Both the position numbers and the translations under genes were made by a program. From positions 124,001 through 188,000 of the forward strand of contig JAMDHS010000037.1 in the NCBI GenBank assembly GCA_029717555.1: a stretch of 64,000 nucleotides of DNA, given 5' to 3'. The notes beneath the pieces are model-generated. The model had not been told where the DNA came from. It made no database searches and worked only from the letters and a program-made list of their open reading frames with translations. This document shows positions 51,191 to 63,280 of the stretch, piece after piece (positions within the stretch are counted from its first letter, which is position 1; every line of letters starts with the position of its first letter). Source of the DNA: Peribolospora baueri (lineage: Eukaryota).

Positions 51191-52307
51191 ATGGACTCCC
51201 AACGCCACCGCTCTGATTCTTCTCCCAATCCACCCAATTCACCTCGCACCTCTGGAGACGACGACGGTTCGGGCCAGAGCTCGCCACCGCCACCACCTGT
51301 CGCCGCACCTCAGTCCTCATCTCCGGCACCAGCGCCATCTTCCTCCTCGGGGGCGCAGTCGCCCGACGGCCCCAGCTCCACTACTTCGAGCGCCCAGCCG
51401 CCTGGCGTCGTCGTCTTCACTTGGCCCGTCTATCACGTGCTCCCTCCTGGCACGCCGACGCCGCTGCCCTCGAGCCAACCTGCTCCTGTCAACGCTGGCA
51501 CGAACGTATTGGATGCTGTCGCGGCACCCACCGCTTCCCCCGCAACAGCCGGCGTCGCCGACGCCCCCGCTGATGATCCGCCCGAGCAGCTTCCCGATCC
51601 AGCTCGTTCCTCCATCGTAGCCGGGCACGGGCAGGACTCGCAGGAACAACAAGGTCCTGACAGCGGTCCTGGTCAGCGTACTTCCACAGAAAGCCGTCCT
51701 TCCTTCAGCCCGTGGGCTGCGGTGATGAACATGTGGGCGAACGCAGCCGGCGCCTTCATTCAGCGCACGCCCGATCAGCCTGGTCCCACAGCCACATCTG
51801 GTGGTGCCCAGCCTTCTTCACCTGAACAGGCCTTCCAACCGTCTTCCGGAGATGCCACTGCGCCTGCACTAAGGAGCATTCAGACGAACCCCGCGACAGG
51901 CGTCTCTTGGGTCTTTCGCGCGCCTACCGTAGCTTCGCCTCAGACGCCCGGCACTGCGCCGCATCCTTCCGATGACGCAGCTCAGCTACCCCAAGCGACA
52001 ACAACACCGACGGGTGCCCCGGCCGGAGCTTCCGGAGCTCCAACTGGCGACCAGCAACCGCCAGCGTGGTTGCAACCCGGAGTTCCGGTGATCATCTTTG
52101 ACACACCTCATGGCCGCGCCATTGCGCCCCTCTTCGGCAGCGGCGGGGTGTTTCAAATGGGCCCTCCGCCGCCGCCGCCTCCGCAGCCCAACCCAGAGCT
52201 CACGAAGCGCTACGTGGCCAACCTGGAGCGCGCGGACGCGGAGATTCGGGCCCGCATGCGCAGGGTCGGCATGGGCTCGGAGGGGTGCGGCGTGTGCTTG
52301 AACGAGT

Positions 52308-52340
<33 letters not shown>

Positions 52341-53095
52341 TCGGTATCGTCGCCTTGCCCAGATGTCACCACCTCCTCCACGCCTCCTGCTTGGCCTCCT
52401 GGCTCGACACCCTCGCGCCCTCCAACTGGTCGTGCCCTTACTGCCGCGATGACCTCTCGCCTCCCGCGCCGGCCCCTTCGCGCCCTTCCACGGCCGCTGG
52501 AGGACGAGGTGGGGCAGACGCGAGCGCCGACGCGGGCGACTTGCCGACGCCCTCATCTTCGTCTCTAGGCAAGCGCAAGTCCCGTCCCGACGCTCGCGGG
52601 TCTCTGAGCCTGCACGAGGAGGTGCGGAGCAGGGAGCGTAAGGCGCATATCATCTGCGACGACCCGACGTGCGAGTCCTGTCCACTCCCCTCCGCCGCCG
52701 ACCTGCCCGTCGACCCGTCCACGGGCATTCCCAGGGCACCCCGGCCGCGCACGCTGACGCTCTCCCCATGCGCCCACTCGCTCCACCCCGACTGTCTCCT
52801 CACGAGCCTCCGCGTCTCCGGCTACGGCGACATGGTCACCGAGGCGGTGGAGGAGCACCGGCAAGCGCTCCTCAGCAGGGAGCGCCTCACTATGGATAAG
52901 GTGCGGAACCACGTCGCGCTGCGCTGCCCTGCATGCAGGAAGGAGTGCTTTGTCGCGAGGGAAGAGTTTGCAACGGCTATGCGCGAGGCCATGTGTACGC
53001 CTGAGGAGGAGGGGGACGGGGTGGGAGCGGCGCCGGCGACAACGACAGCGACAGCGACGGCTGCGACGGCGGAGGAGATGCGCACGGGACAATAA
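51191..53095 (+). CDS. RING-finger protein (putative E3 ubiquitin ligase) with two RING-like domains; intronless
   Basis: RING-H2: CGVC...PRCHHLLHASC...WL...CPYCR. Second RING-like unit: CDDPTCESC...PCAHSLHPDC...CPACR. Disordered Pro/Ser-rich N-terminus. Confidence 0.85.
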
Positions 53096-53759
53096 ACTCA
53101 CGGACCCAATAAACTCAACCTCGCCGAGGCGTGGGCAGGATAGCCAGGGCGGGCGCGCGAACCCACAAAGCCTCTCTCCGTGTCTCGCACGATACAAAGA
53201 TTTGACGCTTTCGTCGGATGACACGGCGCACATATTTTGTTTTGCTCAGGGCCGCCTCGCACCTTTCCTTATTCCGGCTCGTCGCTTCTGCTCGTTTTTT
53301 CTCATCTGACTGTACCCTTCCTCTTGGCCGTGTGCATCGTTTTCGTCCCTTCTTCATGCACCTTGTACTCGTAGTGTAACAGTATCGTATCGCACCGCGT
53401 CCCCTCCTTTCCCTTTCATATTCGTCTTCCTATCTACCCAACTCGGTCTCGTCCCATCTTTCTTTGCCCTTTCCTTCCATTTCGACCAAACTCGATCCAT
53501 CCGAGCCTGATCCGGATCGACCACGCATAGCTACAATTACGATCATGGATACGGAGACAAGATAATAGCTAATAATACATACGATACCTCTACACACACA
53601 CCCATCCCCGTCTGCGCCGCATGAGACTAGCTCGCTCGCTCAGAAATCCTTCGTCGATGCTAATCCCACGTCTGAAAAATCGTCCCATCGCTCCGGAACG
53701 GATCGTAAAAAAGGAACGGGTCGGATGAGGTACCGATGAGCGCGGAGCACGGGCGACGA

Positions 53760-54420
53760 ACCGACCGAACGAAAGAACGAACGGGCCAGGTCGGGTCGGG
53801 TCGACATGGCCATGGATGACATCCACAGCCAGCCCAGTCAGGTTCAGTCAGTCGGCTATCATTTGCCTATCCACCCATCTATCTAGATATCTACCCATCC
53901 ATCTATCTGTCCCTTCGTCTTCGATCGCTCGGGCCGCGTCGGTACGGTACGGCGCGGCGCGGCGCGGTGCGGTGCGTCCTTACTTGATTGAGCATCTCTC
54001 GCCGATCGTTCATAGTTAGTGGCCGGGTCAAGGAATAGAATAGGACTACCATCCATCCATCCATCCATCCATCCATCCATCAGACATTGCGATGACGTTC
54101 GCCCCATGACATGTCATGTCACGTCACGTCACGTCATCCGCAAGGACGATTCGATCATCCACCCGAGTCGCCCACCCCTCTTAGCTGGACCCAATGGGCC
54201 AGCGGCTGTCCTCGCCGGAAGGGTCTACGATCACCACTCGCCAGGCGCTGAGGCAGACGACGTAAGCAGTACTGTATGTAGGTGCCGAGACATGTAGGTG
54301 TCGGGGCGCGAGATGGCAATTCGAAGCCGACGTCGACCGGACGCGGCCTCGTGACCGTCGAACGAACGAACGAATGAACAAACAAACAAACATACAAACA
54401 AACAGATAGACAGACGACGG
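53760..54420. repeat. Cluster of microsatellites ((CCAT)n, (GTCAC)n, (GAAC)n, (AAAC)n, (GCGCG)n)
   Basis: Directly visible in the convergent intergenic gap between the RING and fasciclin genes. Confidence 0.9.
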
Positions 54421-54744
54421 ATGGTTGGCCGTTCCGCCCGTTTGGGCTGTACCTGTCTTTGTACATGTAGAAAGAGAGGAAGTGGAAGGAAGGGGAAAAG
54501 CGAGCGAAGGGAGATTGCGAGGAACGAGCGTGGGAGCGAGGGGAGAACAGGAAAACGATCACAGGGAGTAAAGAGAGGTGGGAAGGACGGGAAGAGGGGG
54601 AGACGGAAGAGGGACGACCCGACGCGACGTGAACACGGACACGGACACGAGGGAATCGTAACAAGGAAGAGGCGCGACAAGTGAAGAAAGGAAAGAAAGC
54701 GTAGATGGAGCACACACGTACGGGTGAACGAAATGAAATTCATC

Positions 54745-57242
54745 TCAAATCAACCCCCGCAGATCGGCCTGCCAGATCTCCTCCCAGCTCATGTACTCCT
54801 CTCCCTGCCCCACCGTCTCGTCCACCTTCCTTCCCTTCTCCTCACCCGGCTGCAGCAGGACGCTCTTGTGCCACAGCGGCCTGAGCAGCGTGTCCACGAC
54901 GTGCACCGCCCCGTTCCTTGCGATCCAGTCGCGCACCAGCGTCCTCACGCCGCGACCGCGACCGTGGTCATGGCTGTGAGAGTGGCCGTGATGAGCGTTC
55001 AGCTCGAGCGCGAAGAACCGAAGTCCACGGCCTCTCTTCCACGGGAACTTTGGACGAAGGACGAGCTGGTCGACGAGGATCGTCTGAAACTTCTGCGCCT
55101 TTTGGTCGACCGTGTCGAGGGAAGAGCGACCCTCGAGGAGGGTGGAGAGGTTGTGGCTCGTTCGGTTCACAACCTCCAGCAGCGGAGGCCAGTGGTATGA
55201 GAGTCGACGCCTTGGGCGGCCGCCGCGGCCGCGGCCGGGGCGGGGTGCTCGTGGCGGGCCGCGGGGAGGACGCGGTGCGGGAGGAAGGCGACGAGGACGC
55301 CGTCGGCCGGGGAGGGGGGAGGAAGGGATGTCTTGAAGAATTATGGAGTCGTCCTGGTCGTCTTTACCCTTCGCCGCTACCGCAGCATCAACGTGGTGAA
55401 GGTAATCCGTAAAGACAATGTCAGAGGGCACGACGTGGTACTGAAGGATCTTTTTCAGCAGGCGCTCTCCCTTCGGGCTGAATAGGTAGGCGCGGAAGCC
55501 GGGTGGGAGGCGGGAGAAGGCCCTGTTCGTGGGGGCGAACAGGGTGAGCGCGCCGGACCCCTTGTCCTTGCCCTCCGTCGCGTTAGGATCCCATTTAACG
55601 GCCTTGTCGAGGCCGGTCTTGTAGAGCGCGGTCGTGAGGACGGAGAAGAAACGGGGGTGGAAGAGGAGCTGTTGGAGGACGGAGGGAGGAGGGATGAGCG
55701 GGTGGGTGATGCCGTGGATGATGCCGTTAGAGCAGTGCACATTCGTGAGGTGGCTGAAGGGGGGCACCGTCTTCGAATGGAAGTTGAGGCGGAGGCCGGG
55801 GAAGGGAAACTGCGGACACAAATGGACGAACATGGGAGAGACGAAGCGACGAGAATCCAAAGTCACCGAGCTGTCCGTGCGTCACAGTAGAGGTAGAAAG
55901 CGCGAGTCATCACTGCGACACTCACCAGACTCTTGCTCACCCTCACCCTGAGTGGCTGGCCATCCCAAACTCCACCAAGCGGCTCCAGGTCGCCGCGGAG
56001 GAGGGTGTCGACGGTGGCGTTGTTCGCGATCTCGCGCGTCGTCAGGGGCTCGGAGAGCAGGTGGTAGGACAGAACGGCGTTGAAGAGGACCGCCTTCCTC
56101 TCGTCACTATCATGGGATTCTGACGTGACCGGGTCAGAGGCGAACAAGTATTCGAGGGACTCCCATCCGTCGTCCTCCTTGACGTGCTCACAGCCGTGGC
56201 TACGAGCAGGAGGATCCTGAGGACCCCTTCCGGGAGGAGAAGGGGAAGACCACCAGCCCAGGGACCCCCTGCCCGGAGGCGGTGGGGGTGGCGGCGCACG
56301 CGCAAGCTCACGTCCAGGTGGGGCCCTGCGTCCGGGTCCCCGACGGCGACAACGATGGGGGCGGTGGTCGACGGGAGCGAACAAGGTCAAGTTGGCCTTA
56401 GTATCGTTGAGGCTCTTGACGAGGTCGAGGTCAGAAGCGAAGGAGGCGTTGAGGAGGTGGAAGAGGCGAGTAAAGTGGGGTGAGGCAGCGAGGAAGTCTA
56501 GGATGGTTTGGTTGGTCGTCTGTGCGCGGGCGGAAGGAGAGGGCGATCAGCGAGGAGAGCTGAGGAGACGGCTATGAACAGACACACTCACCATCTCTTC
56601 CGGCTTGTGACGATGGTCGGGGAAGCGATCGATTTCGTCCTGATCTTCCTGAACGGTGAAGTCGCCCTCTTGTTCATCAAGCACGTCGTCGTCGACGACA
56701 TCGAAGCTGGCATTCATGTCTCCTTCGTGCTCGTCCACTTCTTCTTCCTGCTCCCCTTCTGTCTCCACTACATCTCCCATCTCCTCCTCCTCCTCCTTCA
56801 TGTCGACGACATCATCGTCCTCACCGCCGACGAGGTCGTCATAATCGACGTCAAGATGCTCGCCAACTGGGAGAATCCACACATCGTCCGCCTCGCCTTC
56901 TGTCTTGCCCTCCTCTTCCTCCTTCGACGCTGCCACTTGGCTCGACAACTGCGCCCTCTCGCCGTCGTCTCCGGCTTGGCTGTGAGACCATCCAAATACG
57001 TGCTCCGTCAGCTCCTCCCACACCTCCTCGGCGAGGCTCGCGGCGACCTCGAGCACGGGCTGGCCGGTGAGGTGAAAGGCGTGTTGGCGGTCGTGAGCGG
57101 CGGAGGTAGGATCGTCGCGGGGAGCAGGCTGATGCTGGGGGGAGGAGAAGAGGCGATCGATGGAGAAGGAGGTGGGGGCGGAGACGACGGAAGGGAGGAG
57201 GGGAACGAAGGCGAGGGCGAGGGAGAGGGCGAGGTGGCGCAT
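54745..57242 (-). CDS. Secreted fasciclin (two FAS1 domains; spliced)
   Basis: Signal peptide MRHLALSLALAFVPLLPSVVSA. FAS1 motifs NLTLFAPVD...VLSYHLL...SNGIIHGITHPLIPP and LTLFAPTNRAF...ILQYHVVP...ARNGAVHVVDTLL. TATAAA on the minus strand at ~57416-57421. Confidence 0.9.
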
Positions 57243-58240
57243 GGTCGGCTGGCTGGACAGCAGCCTGAAGGGTGAAGAGAGTCGAGATGGGTTGTCTTTC
57301 CTTGTCTTGTCTGTCTCCCTCCCGGTCTTGCTCGGTCGGTCGACCTGCAAAGGGAACCTGGCTGGAGGGAAGAGGGGGTGGAGGGAGGAAAGGGAAGGTT
57401 AGGGGCGAAGGGAGGTTTATATCGTCGTCGATGCTTCGCCTCGCTGCGCGGAAGGAAGAGGCACACAAGGTGAGTCGAGGCCGGAAAGCGCAGTCAGCGA
57501 CGAGCGATGAACGACGCAAATGGAGTTAGTCAGTGGGCAGACCCATCGGTCCCCCTTTGCAGCGTACGCATCGCATCGCATCAAGAACAGTTAGGACCAT
57601 CGACAAAGGAAAAAGAAACCGGGTCCTCGATCGTCCCGCCGCTGTCATCATCCGTCGTCACCCTCGTCTCACCACCGGCCGAGAAGACGGCGGCCACGAC
57701 GACGACGACGACGAAGACGATTCGACGACGAAGACGACACAACACGACGACACCACTTCTTGCTCTTATCGCCCTTTCGCCCCCTCTTCTCCCCGCCGCT
57801 CGTCCCCGTCCCGCCAGCCGCGCCCTCTTGCCACGGCCCCCTCCTCGCCGTCGTCGCTCTGCGCAGTCGTCGTTCCGCGCAGACTGATTAAGCCAACTCG
57901 CGACTGCGCACACGAGCACTGCGGACGTTGCTCACGTAAGCCGTCGCTGCGAGTCACGTGCTGAATGGCGATCGGGGTCCGAGGGCCACCACTACGCTCG
58001 TGTCATGCTCGTGCTCGTGCTTTGAGTCGATATGATATCGTATCGTATCCCCACCGCCGTCGTCCACTCCATCATTCCTCCTGTTCGCTCTCGCACTTCC
58101 TTCTCCTCTTCCCTCTTCAATTCATCTCGATCTTTCTCACTTTCTCTTTCTTCAGCCTCGCGTGCGGTTTTTCGACCCCACCACACCAAACCTCCCCCCT
58201 CCTCGCCCACCGCCTCCCGCACCCTAACCCCTGACCCACC

Positions 58241-61200
58241 ATGTCCGCCTTCTTCCCCCGCTCCTCCGTTTACTCCATCTTCCAGGATGACCATGCCGCG
58301 CTCGCCTCAGCCGCCGCCGCCGATGAGGCTTTAGACCTCGACGCGTCCGACGATCCTCACAGCCCCCGCCGTCCCACCGGCTCTGCGATCGTCGATGACG
58401 ATGATTACGACCTCGAGGTGGGACGAAAAGGAACGGCGACCGCTTCGAGAGACATGAGTAACCGGAGGTGGAGATCTCCGCCGGCCTCCACCTCATCTCC
58501 TTCCTTTCCTTCCTCCTCCACCACCCCCGCCAGGCCTTTACTTGGTCTGCTCAACCCCGCCGGCAGGGCTTTTGCCCAGAGAAGGGCCAACTGGATGGGC
58601 TACGAGAGCTTGGCGGGCGTGGAGGAGGGCAACGCGGAGGGGGCGGAGGAGGAGGGCGAAGAGGAGCGCCGGCGGACAGGCAAGGAGGTGGAGGACGAAG
58701 AGGAGCGCCGGCGGACAGGCAAGGAGGTGGAGGACGACGACGACGACGATGATGACGACGCTTCGCCCCCTGCCAGCATCATGCTCGAGACGGGCGGCGC
58801 TAGCTCCAGCCGTCGTCCACGATGGTTGTCCAAACACGGCCTCAACATCACCACGAGCCCCACTTCTGTCCCTCCAGCCGCTGCTGGTCCAAGTACGGAT
58901 GCCGCCGTGGACGACCCGTTCAACTCCCCCCTCGAAACGGGAGACCAAACGCCTCGCTCTCGGACGCCTTCCTCGTCCGACGGGCGCCGCTCTTCCTTTG
59001 CCCTCAGCACGAACTCGGCGGCGGTAGAGACAGCTGTCAAGGGCACGACCGCCTCAAAATCGCAGAAGCCCTCCTCTCCCGACAAGGCGAGGAGGACGTC
59101 TGAACCAACCTCCGCCGGCTCCAGACCGGTCGAGTCCATTCAGCTCTCTCGCACCGGTGCTGCCCGTTCCCGTTCCTTCTCCTCTTCGGCTCGGCCATCT
59201 CATCATCCGCGGTCTCAGTCCCGCTTCAGCTCGACGTCCGGCGACGGTGATCAAAATGGTGACGCCGATAGCTACGGCTACGGTTATCGGGACGCCGGAC
59301 CTTCGTCCCGGCTTGGAGGCATGTCGGGCTTGGACGAGAGGGAAAAGGCGCTGTGGAAGTGGGTGAACGTGGAAGATCTGGATAGCTTCTTGCAAGAGGT
59401 TCGTCCTCTTCTCTTTCTTTCTTTTCCCGCTCCATACTCGTCACTCGAACGCGCCAAGTTTTATTTTTCTCACCGTCCCCCTCTTTCACACACACAGGCG
59501 TACGCGTACTACGTCGGTAAAGGCCTAGTCTGCATCGTCCTCTCCCGCGTCCTTAACCTCTTCACTGTTGCCTTCGTCATCGGCTTCACCACCTTCCTTC
59601 TCGGCTGCGTCGATTACTCGCGCATCCGACACGACGGAAACTTGCACGAAGTCGTCGTGCCTCACTGCGTTTCGAGGTGGGTCGGGATGAGACGGATCGT
59701 TGCTTCGGTGTTGTGTCGGAAAAGCTCACATCATCCATTCTTCCACCCTCCCATCGTAGGTTCTCCGGCCTCACCCTCTTTCTCCTCTTCCTCTTCTCTG
59801 CCATGTTCGGCTGGCAGGTCGTCCGCTTCGGCTTCGGACTCCGCCGATTAATCGACATGTATCGCTTTTACACTCACCTGTTGAACATTCCTGACGTGAG
59901 CGCGAGCCCCTTTGTTCTTTCGCTCTGTCTCGTGCGGTCGCTGATGGATGCCTCGTCGCTCCTCCTCACCGCACCACAGGCGGACATTCAAACCATCTCT
60001 TGGTCCGACGTTGTGACTCGCATCTCTCTCATCCGCTCCCAGAACCCCTCCACCGCCTTCTCCTCTTCCCGGCCGGGCGGCCACGGGCCCCGGGAGATGG
60101 ACGCGCACGACATCGCGAACCGGATCATGAGGCAGGAGAACTACCTGATTGCCCTCTTCAACAAGGACCTCCTCAACCTCACCGTACCCTTTCCCGGCCT
60201 AAGAAATCTCAGCCCCGTCCTGACGCGCACGCTCGAGTGGAACCTGAGTTTTTGCCTCCTTGGCTACCTCTTCGATCGGAGAGGGAGGGTGAGGAGGGCG
60301 TTCGTGAGCTCGAGGCATCGCGCCGACTTGATCGAGGGGTGAGCGGGTCCGCGTCGTGTCCAACGCTCCTTTCATCGTTCCTCGCACGTCCGTCTGATGG
60401 CTCGCTCATTCGCTTTGTCTTCCCTTTCGTCCCTTTTACCGCAACTCGCCGACAGTCTCCGACGAAGATTCATCTTCATGGGCGTCCTCAACGCTATTTT
60501 TGCACCCTTCATCGTCCTCTACCTTCTCATGTATTCCTTCTTCCGCTACTTCGAGGTGCGTCCGCCCTTTTTGCTTTCTCTTCTCGTTCTCGCTCCCCTG
60601 ACCTGTACTTGCCCGGCCGCGGCCGCACCAGGAGTACCACAAGAACCCGTCGACGATCGGCTCGCGACAGTACACCCAGTTCGCTCGCTGGAAGTTCCGC
60701 GAGTTTAACGAGCTGCCCCATCTCTTCCAGAAGCGCCTCGCATCGAGCTACCCGCTGGCAAACGCTTATATCAACCAATTTCCCAAGGAAAGGGTCGCGC
60801 TGCTTTCTCGGTGAGTTGGGCGCGAACGGAGTCCATTATTTTCGATTCGGTCCTCATGTCTGTCCCTCTCTCTCTATCCCTCCCGCCAGCTTCGTCGCCT
60901 TCGTCGCCGGCTCTTTCGCCGCCGTCCTCCTCCTCGCCTCCGTCCTCGATCCAGATCTCTTCCTCCACTTTGAGATCACGTCACAACGGACGGTACTCTT
61001 CTACATCGGCCTTTTCGGCACCGTCGTCGCCGTCGCTCGGTCCATGATCCCGGACGAGAATCAGGTGTTCGAGCCAGAGGTGCTTCTCAGGGCCGTCGTC
61101 GAGCACACGCACTACTTGCCGGACTCGTGGAAGGGCAAGATGCATTCCGCCGAGGTGCGTCTCGGCCGTCTGTCCGTCCGTGGGTTCGGCCACTCACTCA

Positions 61201-62283
61201 CCCACCCTACACCCTCTTCGTTCTACAGGTCCACGCAGCCTTCGGCTCCCTCTTCACGCTCAAAGTCCTCATCTTCATCCAAGAACTTCTCTCCGTCCTC
61301 TTCACCCCTTTCGTCCTCTTCTCCAGCCTGCCCAAGTGCGCGCCTGCGTTGATCGACTTTTTCAGAGAGTTTACCGTTCATGTCGAGGGCGTTGGCTATG
61401 TGTGCAGCTTTGCCGTGTTTGACTTTAAGAGGCATGGTAACGTCCGGGTGAGTGTCGAGTCGAGCGTACGAGCCCAGATGGAGGCCTTTTTGGGCGGACG
61501 CTGAGCGTGCCGCGTTTACGTCCACGTCCGCGCGTCCCGCAGTTCGGAGCCCCGACAGAAGTGACCGATGCGCGGCTCATGTCGAAGGAAGGAAAGATGG
61601 AAAAGAGCTTCATCGGCTTCAAGGCGAGTACTCGCTTCTCATCCCCGTCTTTCTTCCTTACAAACGAAGCATCGGTCCGGTGTGACTGACTGACCGACTG
61701 ACTGATTGACTGGATGGACGGCACACAGGCAAATCACCCTGACTGGGTACCACAAGATCCGTCCAGTTCTCTCTATCTCTCCCGCCTCACCGAGCTCGGA
61801 GTCGCCGATCCGTCCCACCACCTTCGCCCAGCCACCGGCCTCACATCGCCCCTCGCCGGCCGTCTGCACGGCTACCACCCGTCCGCCTTGGCCACCGCCA
61901 CCGCCACCGCGAACCGCTTCCGATCTCCACCTGTCGACACGGGTGCGGGCGCGCCGCCGCCGCCGACGACGACGACGACGACGACGGTGGACGACGCGCA
62001 CACGAGCGGGAGAGGTCGTCATCGTCATCGCGCCGGCGCTGGCACAGGCGCAAGGAAGGACACGACTGGCGAGGGGGAGGATGGACCGGAGGAAGGGCTG
62101 GCAGGTGTATACGACGATATGGGGTTAGAAAGAGACGACGAAAGCCAAGGTGCTGGAAAGCGAAAGGGCGACGACGACGGTGAGGCAGCGGGCGTCCTAG
62201 GACTCTTAGGCCAGATATATCGTGGCGCAAGCGGGCCGGCGGGTGCGGCGGGTGCGGCGGCTGGCACGAGGACGGGGTGGTGA
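58241..62283 (+). CDS. ATG9: Autophagy-related protein 9 (lipid scramblase; spliced)
   Basis: [114 protein letters not shown]-terminal [10 protein letters not shown]. Confidence 0.97.
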
Positions 62284-62334
62284 AGGGGCCGGGCTTTACC
62301 GGACTTGAACCTAACCTGGCTTTGTCTAGCTTTG

Positions 62335-62412
62335 TTGTATGTATGTATGTATGTATGTAGGACGGACGGACGGACGTGAGCGAACGAGCGAGCGAGCGAA
62401 CGAGCGAACGAG
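62335..62412. repeat. Compound tetranucleotide microsatellite (TATG)n(GGAC)n(GAGC/GAAC)n
   Basis: Directly visible just downstream of the ATG9 stop. Confidence 0.9.
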
Positions 62413-63280
62413 CGTACTATTGCATGCACGCGTGCATGCGATCGACGTACTATGCCAGCCAGCCGTCCTTATCTGCCCTCCGCCAAGACAGACGAGATGG
62501 TCACGTTAAGACGACGGGACGGGAAGTGGGACAAACACAATCGATCGCATTTCCATGAAACACCGAAAAAAGCTAAGGAACGGGAGGGCGGGCGGGACGA
62601 GAGGAAGGACGGACGGATGGAAGAGAGTGAAAAAAAAGGGAAAGGGAGGGATAAGGAAGGCGGGTGAGTAGACGGAGATGGGTAGAGAGTAGGTGGGGTG
62701 GGTGGGTGGGGTAGGCGAATGACCGAACCGACGTGTGAGAGGGGGAGGGATAAAATACAGCGGCACGAATTGTGGCAATAGAGGTTGGAACGAATGAACG
62801 AATGAATCGAGGTAGGGAACGAACGACAAAACGGACGGGCGAGCGAGGATGGGTGGTGGGGGTTGGTGGCGTAGTAGGTGTTGGTCGGGAATATATGCGG
62901 CTCATGCGAGGGGAGCTGCGCTCGGAGTAAGATAGGATCGCGCTGGGGCGACGGTGAGGTGGTGGGATACATCGGGCGGAGCGGAGCGGACGGAGCGCTG
63001 AAGACGGCGGCGACGAGAGGAGGCGCGACGGACGAGACGAGACGAGAAGGAACGAGACGGCAAGCAAGCGCTAGCGCGACGACGACGACGATATGAACAA
63101 GAGATAGACAAGAGGTAAGGTAAGAGTGGGTAAGAGGTAGCAAGAAGGAGCACGACGGCGGGTGCGGCACAAACTGGGTCCGTACGAGGAAGCGTCCTAG
63201 GTCCACTGTGGGCGTGGAGAGGAGAGGAGGAGGAGGAGAGGAAGCGGATCGAGCCGGCCTAGCAAATGGGGGCGACGTGG

